A program made the translations under genes and the position numbers. Positions 1 to 8,780 of a stretch of 64,000 nucleotides of DNA are shown here, in pieces; position 1 is the stretch's first letter, and every line of letters begins with the position of its first letter. The notes beneath the pieces are model-generated. The model did not search any database. It was given only the letters and a program-made list of their open reading frames with translations, and was not told the origin of the DNA. The DNA comes from Candidatus Poribacteria bacterium (GTDB lineage: Bacteria > Poribacteria > WGA-4E > WGA-3G). The stretch is from assembly GCA_965217715.1 (NCBI GenBank), contig OZ244563.1:3493083-3557082 (forward strand). The letters are read 5' to 3'.

Positions 1-7
1 GATGTTA

Positions 8-1519
8 TTATGCCCCTGAAGTTCGCGGCATCCACAGAGATTCCTTCCCCATTTCCGCAAACAAGAACTTCATAACTAATTCCGCCTTCAATTCAGCATG
101 CTCAGGTGAATTCCAAAGGTTGTTGATTTCCCCCGGATCCGCGTGCATGTCAAACAGTTCTCCATACTCACGATTATAATAGACGGTTAGTTTGTATCGG
201 TCATTTACGTAGGTTTTTACGTGTACAGTTGTCGGTTCATGATGATTCTCAACGATAATATGATCACGCGCTTGAACTTCCTGTCCATACCAGACTGGCG
301 TTTGATCAACACCTGTCATCGGATGTGGTATGTCAATCCCCGCTGCACTAAGGAACGAAGGCGCTAAATCAACTAAGGTCTGCAACGCATCAGATTGTTT
401 CCCCGCAGGCACAACACCCGGATACCGCGCGATAAACGGCACTTTTATAACGTCTTCGTAGTGGAACGCACCTTTGGCAATGAGACCGTGCTGCCCGTAA
501 AAATGCCCGTGATCTGATGTGAAGACAACCAACGTATTGTCAGCGAGTCCAAGTTCATCAAGTTTCGCCAAGATATTGCCAATATATTTGTCCATCAGAC
601 TCACCATGCCGTAATACACAGCAATATCTTTAGCGAGTTCATCCCGATCCCTTAAATGCGACCTAAATCCGTGGACACCCTTACCGCTTTCGCGCCATTC
701 AGAGAAATCTGGTTTTTGTTGCTGTGTCATTTGAAAATGCGGAGGGTTGTTGTCATGTTCTCCCTCTGTTACAGAAGGCACCGTCAAAGCTTCAGGGTCA
801 TACATCGTATCCCAAGGTTCTGGCACGAGATATTTCGGGTGTGGATCGAAGAAACTTGCCCACAGAAAAAAGTTTTCACCTTTCTGCTGATATGCCTCCA
901 TCAGCGCGTTCGTGCGTTCAGCGATCCAGGTATCGTAATGATACTCCTCAGGAATCGGCCACTTTCGGTATTGTCCGCGAGCGTTACCTGTCGGTGGAGC
1001 GAAGTAGTCACGCCAATTTGTAAAACCTTTTTCCTCCATCCAGATAGCATAATGTTGACCGACGTGCGCTTCATCGGCGTGGTTGCGTGCCAGTTCAACA
1101 TGCTCGAATCCGTAAAATGGTTCATTGAAGTTCCGCCAGAAATCTAAGTCTTGCAGAATAGGATAGGATTCCAGTGATGGAAATTCGTCTGTTCCATGTA
1201 GGGGTTGGAAGTGTGCTTTTCCGACAAGGGACGTGCGATAACCCGCGTCTGTGAAATCTTCACCAACGGTCCGTTCATCTTCAGAAAGTTTTGTGCCGAG
1301 AGACCACGCCCCGTGTTGACTCGGATATTTGCCTGTTATGATGGAAGCGCGTGTCGGCGTGCAGGTCGGGTTAGGGCAGTAGGCTCTATGGAAGAGTGTG
1401 CCATCTTGTGCTAAAGCATCTAAATGAGGTGTCTGAATTTCCGGGTTAAGGCAACCCAAAGTGTTCCAATGTTGTTGGTCGCTGGTGATAAGCAAAATAT
1501 TCGGTCTGGTTTTATCCAT
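8..1519 (-). CDS. Sulfatase (formylglycine-dependent arylsulfatase family)
   Basis: 503-aa ORF. N-terminal LLITSDQQHW and the CTPTR (C-x-P-x-R) formylglycine signature. The conserved GKAHF and SDHG blocks of the alkaline phosphatase/sulfatase superfamily are present. Confidence 0.9.
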   Translation of the reverse strand: MDKTRPNILLITSDQQHWNTLGCLNPEIQTPHLDALAQDGTLFHRAYCPNPTCTPTRASIITGKYPSQHGAWSLGTKLSEDERTVGEDFTDAGYRTSLVGKAHFQPLHGTDEFPSLESYPILQDLDFWRNFNEPFYGFEHVELARNHADEAHVGQHYAIWMEEKGFTNWRDYFAPPTGNARGQYRKWPIPEEYHYDTWIAERTNALMEAYQQKGENFFLWASFFDPHPKYLVPEPWDTMYDPEALTVPSVTEGEHDNNPPHFQMTQQQKPDFSEWRESGKGVHGFRSHLRDRDELAKDIAVYYGMVSLMDKYIGNILAKLDELGLADNTLVVFTSDHGHFYGQHGLIAKGAFHYEDVIKVPFIARYPGVVPAGKQSDALQTLVDLAPSFLSAAGIDIPHPMTGVDQTPVWYGQEVQARDHIIVENHHEPTTVHVKTYVNDRYKLTVYYNREYGELFDMHADPGEINNLWNSPEHAELKAELVMKFLFAEMGKESLWMPRTSGA

Positions 1520-1587
1520 ATATCTCCTTTATGTCTTTCACAAATCAGATAACAGGCTTCACTTTATAGGTCAACTTTATCTCCTAA

Positions 1588-2940
1588 TCATACATTTTTC
1601 CCTAAACAGCACTGCTTATACTTCCGTCCACTACCGCACGGACAAGGCGAGTTACGTCCAATCTTCTGTGACGACGTAGAAGTTGTCTGAACCTTCATAT
1701 TATCACTCTTGCCTTTTGCTTGCCGACTTTCCCGCATCATCGGTATAATACTATTCGCGGGTTTTCCTGCTTGGAGAGCCGAAGCCATCAGTTTCATAGG
1801 CTCGTCAATGTGATTGAAAAAATGCTTATAGCCAGCACAGAGGTAGTTCAAGCCGTCTTCTCCATCGGGCGTTTTGATAATACGGTTTTTTGGGCAGCCA
1901 CCATTACAAACGAACTTCACCTCACAATTACGGCAGTACTCCGGTAATGTATCCCGTTTATCCGTACCGAATTTACGTTGAAAAGGTGAATCAACCATGT
2001 CCGCTATTGGAGTTTCTTCTATGTTACCAATGTGGTAATCAGGTGTGACGTAATGATCACAGGAATAGAGATCGCCATTATGTTCAATTGCCATCGCATC
2101 GCCACAGGTCTCATTGAAAATACAGAGGCTTGGGTTATACCCCATCCATGCTTCTAACGCGACATCAAAAATCTGGACAAAGATTTTGCCGATGTCATTA
2201 ACAACCCATTCATCAAAAATGGTGGAAAGAAATTTACCGTACTGCTTTGCCGTGACGGAGCGCGGGGACACATTCTTCCCATCGAAATGTTCAACCGCCG
2301 GAATAAACTGCATGAACTCCGCCCCAAGTCCTTTGAAATAGTTGTAGACCTCTTTCGGATATTCGGCATTATGGCTATTCACAACACAAAGTATATTATA
2401 GTCAACGTTATGCTTCTGTAATATCCGTAACCCTCGAATTACCTGTTCTGATGACGGACGACCGCGTTTATCATAACGATATTTATCGTGAATATCAGGT
2501 GGCCCGTCAATACTTACTCCTATTAGAAACTTATTCTGCTTGAAAAATTGACCCCACTCATCATCCAGTAGCGTAGCATTAGTTTGAAACGTATTTTGTA
2601 TCGTCATGCCAGTGCGTCTATATTTTTGTTGATATCGGATCGCTTGGCGGAAAAAATCCACACCCATTAACGTCGGTTCGCCGCCTTGCCACGCGAACGT
2701 GACTTCGTTAACCTGCTGTGCCTCTATATATTGCTTGACATACTTCTCCAAAGTTTCATCGCCCATCCGGAAAGAGCGAGTTTCGGGGTAGAGTTCCTCT
2801 TTTTCCAGATAAAAGCAGTATTCGCAATCTAAATTGCAAATTGGTCCTATTGGCTTTGTCATCACATGAAAAGCGCGTGGTGCATTAGGTTGAACCATTC
2901 GATTTACCTCTCTGCTTAAACTTTGCGTTAAGTGTAGCAT
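1588..2940 (-). CDS. Anaerobic sulfatase-maturating enzyme (radical SAM/SPASM) with a C-terminal SEC-C-like CPCGSGxKYKxCC tail
   Basis: 450 aa with a CNLDCEYCF radical SAM cluster motif and Cys-rich SPASM region (CRNCEVKFVCNGGCPKNR). It sits immediately next to the sulfatase on the same strand. The last 25 aa carry an SEC-C metal-binding motif. Confidence 0.85.
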   Translation of the reverse strand: MLHLTQSLSREVNRMVQPNAPRAFHVMTKPIGPICNLDCEYCFYLEKEELYPETRSFRMGDETLEKYVKQYIEAQQVNEVTFAWQGGEPTLMGVDFFRQAIRYQQKYRRTGMTIQNTFQTNATLLDDEWGQFFKQNKFLIGVSIDGPPDIHDKYRYDKRGRPSSEQVIRGLRILQKHNVDYNILCVVNSHNAEYPKEVYNYFKGLGAEFMQFIPAVEHFDGKNVSPRSVTAKQYGKFLSTIFDEWVVNDIGKIFVQIFDVALEAWMGYNPSLCIFNETCGDAMAIEHNGDLYSCDHYVTPDYHIGNIEETPIADMVDSPFQRKFGTDKRDTLPEYCRNCEVKFVCNGGCPKNRIIKTPDGEDGLNYLCAGYKHFFNHIDEPMKLMASALQAGKPANSIIPMMRESRQAKGKSDNMKVQTTSTSSQKIGRNSPCPCGSGRKYKQCCLGKNV

Positions 2941-3207
2941 ATTCCACCTGAATCCTCAAGAAAAAAGTGTCTTCACATTCCATCCTGTAGGCATAATCAT
3001 CAACAAAAAACGAAGATTCCTATTAAATAATAAAAACTTCTTGTCAAGAAATATGTAGTATGATAAATTGTTTTCAATATAAGGAAATATCATGGAACTC
3101 ACTTTGATAGTCTTGTTTTTATTAAAGGTTCCTATTATTCCGACATTCGCAATCCTTACCCATGAACCACCACAGTAAGGTTCTGGATAGTAAGTGATAT
3201 ATAAAAT

Positions 3208-3993
3208 ATGGGAGTTTATCAAATGAAGTTGTTAAGCATAAGTATAGTGTTGCTCTTATGTCTCTGTGCCACTTCATGGGCACTTGAGCAGAACGACGAA
3301 GCGATCGTTGGTGTATGGCTGTTTGAAGGCAATGCTGACGATTCGTCAGGAAACAAAAATGATGGAAAGGTTAACGGAAATTTCAAATTTGAAGATGGTA
3401 AGTTCGGTCAAGCTGTCGTCGCTGCTGGTGGCGGTAGTATTGATGTCCAAGAATCAGATAGCTTAAAGAGCGTCGGAGATCAATTGACTGTCGCTGCATG
3501 GTTCCGAGTAGATGCCGATTCGGACACTGGTGTCAGGAAAAATGGCGCATATCTGTTAGAAGACCAATCTGGCGGTGAACCCATCCCTGACGGTTTCTCT
3601 TTCAGAATCTGGACAGACCAGGGTATTACACCCGGGTTCTACGGTAAAACTGAGTTAGAGCAGAAGAAATGGCATCACGTTGCCGGAACTTATGATGGTA
3701 AAAATGTTGAGATGTATGTTGACGGTGAACCAGAAAGTGCCAAAGGAGCGCTTAATGCTGGCAAGGCTGATTGGAAACCAGAATGGGGTGGAAAAGTACA
3801 ACCAGGCCAGACATTACAACTCAAATTCGGACCTGAGTCATATACCGGTGCTATTGATGAGATCGTCATTCTCAGTCGTGCGCTTGAGGCTGATGAAATT
3901 AAGCAGTTACTGAATGGTTGGGGAGATGCTTTTGATGTTGGACCTGAAGGAAAATTAGCAACAACATGGGCACGGGTAAAAGCCGCCCGGTAA
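3208..3993 (+). CDS. Secreted LamG/concanavalin-like domain protein, paralog A, with conserved C-terminal KLATTWARVKAAR tail
   Basis: Signal peptide (MKLLSISIVLLLCLCATSWA). LamG-type blocks KWHHVAGTYDG and EMYVDGE. About 75 percent identical to the next ORF. Confidence 0.6.
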   Translation: MGVYQMKLLSISIVLLLCLCATSWALEQNDEAIVGVWLFEGNADDSSGNKNDGKVNGNFKFEDGKFGQAVVAAGGGSIDVQESDSLKSVGDQLTVAAWFRVDADSDTGVRKNGAYLLEDQSGGEPIPDGFSFRIWTDQGITPGFYGKTELEQKKWHHVAGTYDGKNVEMYVDGEPESAKGALNAGKADWKPEWGGKVQPGQTLQLKFGPESYTGAIDEIVILSRALEADEIKQLLNGWGDAFDVGPEGKLATTWARVKAAR

Positions 3994-4098
3994 TCTTATC
4001 GGCTGTACAAGGTTAATCATTCTATTTTCTTTACATGGGACAATTATATCTTGTTCCGGAAAGTTAATACAATTCGTTATAATTGACAATTCATATAA

Positions 4099-4887
4099 AT
4101 GGAGGAATTTAAATTGAAGTTATTGAGTGTAAGTATCAGTTTGGTACTATGTATTTGTGCTGTTTCATGGGCATTAGATCAGGATGATCCAGCAATTGTT
4201 GGTGTATGGCTGTTTGATGGTAATGCTGACGATTCGTCAGGGAACAGCAATAATGGAGAAATTAAAGGCGATTTCTCATTTGAAGCTGGCAAATTTGGTA
4301 ATGCTGTTGTTGCCAGTGGAGGCGGTAGCATTGACGTGCCTAATTCGGATAGCATCCTAAGTGTCAAAACAGGGTTGACTGTTGCGGCATGGTTTCGAGT
4401 AGATACTGACTCGGACACTGGTGTTAGAAAAAATGGCGCATATCTGTTAGAAGACCAATCTGCTGGTGAACCTATTCCTAACGGTTTCTCCTTCAGAGTT
4501 TGGACGAGCAATGGTATTTCACCAGGCTTTTATGGCAAAACAGAATTGCAGCAGAAAAAGTGGCATCATGTTGCGGGAACTTATGATGGCGAAACTATTG
4601 AGATGTATGTTGATGGTGAACCAGAAAGTGCCAAAGGTGCGCTGAGAGACAACAAAGCTGACTGGGATCCAAAGTGGAGTGGTGATGTTGCCGCTGGTCA
4701 GACGTTACAACTCAAATTCGGTTCTGAGACATATCACGGTGCCATTGATGAGATCGTTATTGCCAGTCGCGCTCTTGAGGCTGATGAGATTAAGCAGCTG
4801 ATGGCGGGCTGGGATCAAGCTTTCACTCCTGTTGAACCCCAAGGTAAATTGGCTACAACGTGGTCAAGATTGAAGGCTTCCCGATAA
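4099..4887 (+). CDS. Secreted LamG/concanavalin-like domain protein, paralog B, C-terminal KLATTWSRLKASR tail
   Basis: Tandem paralog of 3208..3993 with the same domain blocks and signal peptide. Confidence 0.6.
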   Translation: MEEFKLKLLSVSISLVLCICAVSWALDQDDPAIVGVWLFDGNADDSSGNSNNGEIKGDFSFEAGKFGNAVVASGGGSIDVPNSDSILSVKTGLTVAAWFRVDTDSDTGVRKNGAYLLEDQSAGEPIPNGFSFRVWTSNGISPGFYGKTELQQKKWHHVAGTYDGETIEMYVDGEPESAKGALRDNKADWDPKWSGDVAAGQTLQLKFGSETYHGAIDEIVIASRALEADEIKQLMAGWDQAFTPVEPQGKLATTWSRLKASR

Positions 4888-4980
4888 TTTGATCAATATA
4901 TATTGGGACACCTTGGTGTGTCCCCAAACCAATTATGGTGAATTATTGAAATAATTATACACCTCACTTGTGAATCAACG

Positions 4981-5045
4981 CCAAATGCGCCAAATCAACG
5001 GTATGAATGCCATTTAGGCATTCCCCGTATGGCATTTGGCGGGAG
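4981..5045. repeat. Repeat family AATGCGCCAAATCAACGGTATGAATGCCATTTAGGCATTCCCCGTATGGCATTTGGCGGGAG (representative copy)
   Basis: Also at 19301..19370, 23505..23550, 24740..24815 and 33880..33990. Contains the nested palindromes AATGCCATTTAGGCATT and GCCAAATGC/GCATTTGGC. Confidence 0.75.
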
Positions 5046-5183
5046 CGATCTCCGAATCGCGACCAAAACCATTCGTAGTCGGGAATCGGAGTTCCCTCCT
5101 ACAGATGAATAATGTCTAATTAATTCTAAAATCTACCATAAACACCTTCTTTCGTTGTAAGATTGACCTCCCGCACTTGATTT

Positions 5184-6716
5184 TCAATTAAACCTATTTT
5201 CAACCTCACCAAACGACAGAATTTTCTTTATCTTCCCCGGTTGTGCCCAGTTACACTTTCCTGCCCCATTAAGTTGTCGCAACAATATCGGAATTTCTGG
5301 ATTTTCAAGTGAGGTTTTAATCCTTTGTGCTTCGTCTTTAGACCAGCACGGGATAAACGCATGCATCGCCTGATTGCCTTGCCACATCTGCCCATCTACA
5401 CTACTTAATATAATCGGGTTAAATTGATTCTTCCCATACGCCTGCCATATCACCTTGAAAGGTGCAAATGAATAGGGACCAACGCCAAGCATCGCCCACC
5501 AATTTCCCTTATTCATAGACGCACGCAGCATCGTGCCTTTCCTTGCTTGTAGTTGGTCTTGGTAGCGCTGAAGATAGTCCTGCAATATGTCATATTTTCC
5601 GATTTGATCCCATGTAAGCGGTTTTCCCGTTTCCCGATGATACGGCAGCAGAATCCATTTGTGAGGTGATAATACATTTTGCCGCCATATCTCCTTGCTT
5701 GCGAGGGGATATAGAAATTCTTCGGGGAGATGTGAAGGTTTGTGGTCAAAGATAAAAACACTATTCGCACCACATGTATTCACACCTTGCCGCGGCTTTT
5801 GTTCAGGTCCTAATCTGATCTCAAGTGTTTCACCCGCCTTGAGTTCATCAAGGTTTTGCACTACCCGCCATGGGTCAGTAGGATTTTTGAGCGGTAAAGC
5901 CTTATGTTCAATCCAATTTCCATCCACCTCTTTGAAATATGTGACTGGAAATTCCTGTTGTGTATCACTTTGAAACCTTGCACAACAGTATGCAGTGTTA
6001 ACCCCATCAAACACTTTAGTAGATGTAAATTCATAAACAACATCTATGGCAAAATTCCGATAGGTATCAAAGAAACTTTGCGAGCATTTAGCACTATAAT
6101 TTCTAAATCCGCTATGTGCGCCATCGCCAAAGAAGAGAGATGTCGGGAGATAGAAATAACCTGAACCGTTCTTTTTGAGTAGTTTTCCGAGAGCAATCTT
6201 CAGCACCAACGCCGCTATATCAACGCGAGAAGACCCCAAAAGTGTCCGTTGCGTATCCGCAACAAGTCCTTCTTGAATAAAATAGGGTTTTAGAAGTGTT
6301 TTGTAAGTCGTAGGTAAGTCTCCGAAGTTTGCCCACGGCGGATTCCCAATGAGAATGTCATATTGTTGTGTATGCGCCTCCGTGATAACATCTTGACAGA
6401 AGATTTGAGAGGAAGGAAAATCAACGCCAAATTCTCGTTGAACATTTTCTCTGAACTGCTCAAGGAACGAAGGGACTATCTCAATGAGCGTTAGACGTGA
6501 CATACGTTCCGCGCTAATTGGAATTCCTCTGTTCCGTGCGATATGGAGCATCGCTAAGACGAATACACCTTGTCCTGCTGTAGGGTCACAAATATGAGCA
6601 CCGTCAAGCCACGCATCAAAGATATCCCACTTATTGATGAGCCATTCTGCCCATTTGAGTGGTGTAAAAACTTTTCCGATATTAGCGTCTATTAAATGAG
6701 AAATGTTTGTATCCAT
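5184..6716 (-). CDS. N6-adenine DNA methyltransferase, gamma class (M.TaqI-like)
   Basis: GKVFTP at the N-terminus, motif I DPTAGQGVF, motif IV IGNPPW, then GSGYFYLPTSLF. The order and spacing match M.TaqI-type gamma methyltransferases. A long C-terminal target-recognition region follows. Confidence 0.8.
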   Translation of the reverse strand: MDTNISHLIDANIGKVFTPLKWAEWLINKWDIFDAWLDGAHICDPTAGQGVFVLAMLHIARNRGIPISAERMSRLTLIEIVPSFLEQFRENVQREFGVDFPSSQIFCQDVITEAHTQQYDILIGNPPWANFGDLPTTYKTLLKPYFIQEGLVADTQRTLLGSSRVDIAALVLKIALGKLLKKNGSGYFYLPTSLFFGDGAHSGFRNYSAKCSQSFFDTYRNFAIDVVYEFTSTKVFDGVNTAYCCARFQSDTQQEFPVTYFKEVDGNWIEHKALPLKNPTDPWRVVQNLDELKAGETLEIRLGPEQKPRQGVNTCGANSVFIFDHKPSHLPEEFLYPLASKEIWRQNVLSPHKWILLPYHRETGKPLTWDQIGKYDILQDYLQRYQDQLQARKGTMLRASMNKGNWWAMLGVGPYSFAPFKVIWQAYGKNQFNPIILSSVDGQMWQGNQAMHAFIPCWSKDEAQRIKTSLENPEIPILLRQLNGAGKCNWAQPGKIKKILSFGEVENRFN

Positions 6717-7356
6717 TGTTTCTAAATGCCTCTAAATCTGCAATACGTCTTAACGCGTCACTGCTAACTCGTCTATAATGTTGGATAGCGAGATCTATGA
6801 ACATATCATAAAAATCAGTAATATCCCGATTCCAATCAATTTCCTCCCAAACTTGGTTAACTGTGTAATTAAGCCGTATCTGTCCAGTACCAAGATTTTC
6901 AATTCTGTATGCATCCTGAGGGAATAAAATAAAAGGTGCTACACGGATATATACAAAATCGCGTTTTTCACTCTGGGGAGATAATTTGTTGTGTCCAAAT
7001 TCTGCGATAAGGAACATCCCATTATCATTTGCCAGAAATTTCAACAAATTACCAACAGCACAAATCCCACCATCAGAGTACCGAGTTGAATCTAGGTCCT
7101 TAGTTTTAACATCAACTCCAATGATTCTATTTTCAAACTGTAAAGCAAAATCAAAGATGGTACGTCTTCCTGGTCGTACTAACGCAGGATATCCAAGATC
7201 TGAACACATCTGGTCCCAATTATCAGCTATCTTTTTTTCAATCATTGCTCCAAAAGCTCGGGAATCTTCGCGTGCTGCTAACCCCGATGTTAGTTCTTCA
7301 GAAAAAATCTCAGATAGTTTATCTTCTATTTGACTGGATATTTCCTTTAGATCCAT
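6682..7356 (-). CDS. Putative Type II restriction endonuclease (PD-DxK-like)
   Basis: 224-aa ORF overlapping the methyltransferase start by 35 nt on the same strand. It contains IFDFAL ... IIGVDVKTK, consistent with a D...DxK nuclease core. No other recognisable domain. Confidence 0.45.
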   Translation of the reverse strand: MDLKEISSQIEDKLSEIFSEELTSGLAAREDSRAFGAMIEKKIADNWDQMCSDLGYPALVRPGRRTIFDFALQFENRIIGVDVKTKDLDSTRYSDGGICAVGNLLKFLANDNGMFLIAEFGHNKLSPQSEKRDFVYIRVAPFILFPQDAYRIENLGTGQIRLNYTVNQVWEEIDWNRDITDFYDMFIDLAIQHYRRVSSDALRRIADLEAFRNNGYKHFSFNRR

Positions 7357-7626
7357 AAAATTCCTCCTCTTCCATTCATTATAGTCAATTTATTAGTATG
7401 ATATTACAATTATGCCAACAACCGAGATCGTTGGGACAGTCGCAATAACCCTTGTTACAATGTTAGTATGTATTTTATCACTTATGAATATATTAATCAA
7501 CTTGTTAAATTTCTTTTGGCTTGACCTTTTCAGAGCAAATATGGTACCATTTGATAACCACCTGTCCTAACAATGTTTTCCGCACACTGTAACGGCACTT
7601 ATGGATAGTGAAAGGCAGATTATGCA

Positions 7627-8475
7627 ATGGCAGCAATAAAAACAGACCTTTATCTTGGAGATTGTTTAGAGGTTCTGTCCAATTTTGACACCGATTCGTT
7701 TGACCTGATTGTGACTTCTCCGCCATACGCAGATCGCCGATCCAAAACGTATGGCGGAATCAATCCCAATGAATATGTAAATTGGTTTATGCCTCGCGCT
7801 GAACAATTTTTACGAGTCCTCAAGCCATCTGGCACATTCATCCTGAACATTAAAGAAAAAGCCGTTAACGGAGAACGGCACACTTATGTTATTGAGTTGA
7901 TACTTGAAATGAAAAAACAGGGATGGTTGTGGACAGAGGAGTTTATCTGGCACAAGAAAAACAGTTATCCGGGCAAATGGCCGAACCGATTCAGAGATGC
8001 TTGGGAAAGATGTCTACAGTTTAACAAAAGCAAGAAATTCAATATGTATCAAGAGGCTGTTATGGTGCCGATGGGAGATTGGGCGAAGAAGAGGTTGAAA
8101 AATCTCAGCGAAACAGATCAGAGTCGGGATACGTCAAAAGTGGGTAGTGGGTTTGGTAAAAATGTGTCAAATTGGTTAGACCGCAAAATGGCGTATCCGA
8201 CAAATGTTTTGCACTTAGCAACGGAAACGGGAAACCGAAAACATAGTGCCGTTTTCCCTAAGACTTTGCCTGAGTGGTTTATCAAGTTGTTTACGCAAGA
8301 AAATGATTGGGTGCTTGACCCGTTTGCAGGTTCAGCGACGACTTGTCAGATTGCTCAAAAGTTATCTCGAAATTCTGTGGGTATTGAAATTTTTCCCGAA
8401 TACTACCATGTTGCAAAGGAAAATATCAAACCAACACCATTTAAGATTGAGCACGAGATGAGGGCAACTATTTGA
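7627..8475 (+). CDS. DNA methyltransferase, beta class (N4-cytosine or N6-adenine; PF01555-like)
   Basis: DLIVTSPPYADRR (SPPY motif IV) near the N-terminus and VLDPFAGSATT (motif I) near the C-terminus. That circularly permuted order is typical of beta-class N4C/N6A methyltransferases. Divergent from the methyltransferase/nuclease pair. Confidence 0.8.
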   Translation: MAAIKTDLYLGDCLEVLSNFDTDSFDLIVTSPPYADRRSKTYGGINPNEYVNWFMPRAEQFLRVLKPSGTFILNIKEKAVNGERHTYVIELILEMKKQGWLWTEEFIWHKKNSYPGKWPNRFRDAWERCLQFNKSKKFNMYQEAVMVPMGDWAKKRLKNLSETDQSRDTSKVGSGFGKNVSNWLDRKMAYPTNVLHLATETGNRKHSAVFPKTLPEWFIKLFTQENDWVLDPFAGSATTCQIAQKLSRNSVGIEIFPEYYHVAKENIKPTPFKIEHEMRATI

Positions 8476-8780
8476 ATTATGCCTACAACATTTTGCAATG
8501 CTGAAGGCAACATGCTTTGGGAAGAAATCGTTAAATTTAATTCTGCAGAGACCCGTCTTGAAGCCAATCCCAAGTCCGTTTGATACTGAATTTTTAATCA
8601 TTTCCCACAACGAACTCCTATCTCCTAATCTCAAATAAACCAATCCACTTTCCCACCGAAAAACACCCTCTCAATTCAAACTGAATCCTCTGTATTAGCC
8701 ACAATTTTTCTGGACAAGCAGCGAATCCCATGCTATGCTAAACACCATATATCACATAGCTATTATACAGAGGAGAAGTT

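Noticed and set aside
656-1414. Plus-strand ORFs of 60-160 aa inside the first sulfatase gene
   Set aside because: They are antisense to a full-length, motif-complete sulfatase and have no supporting features.
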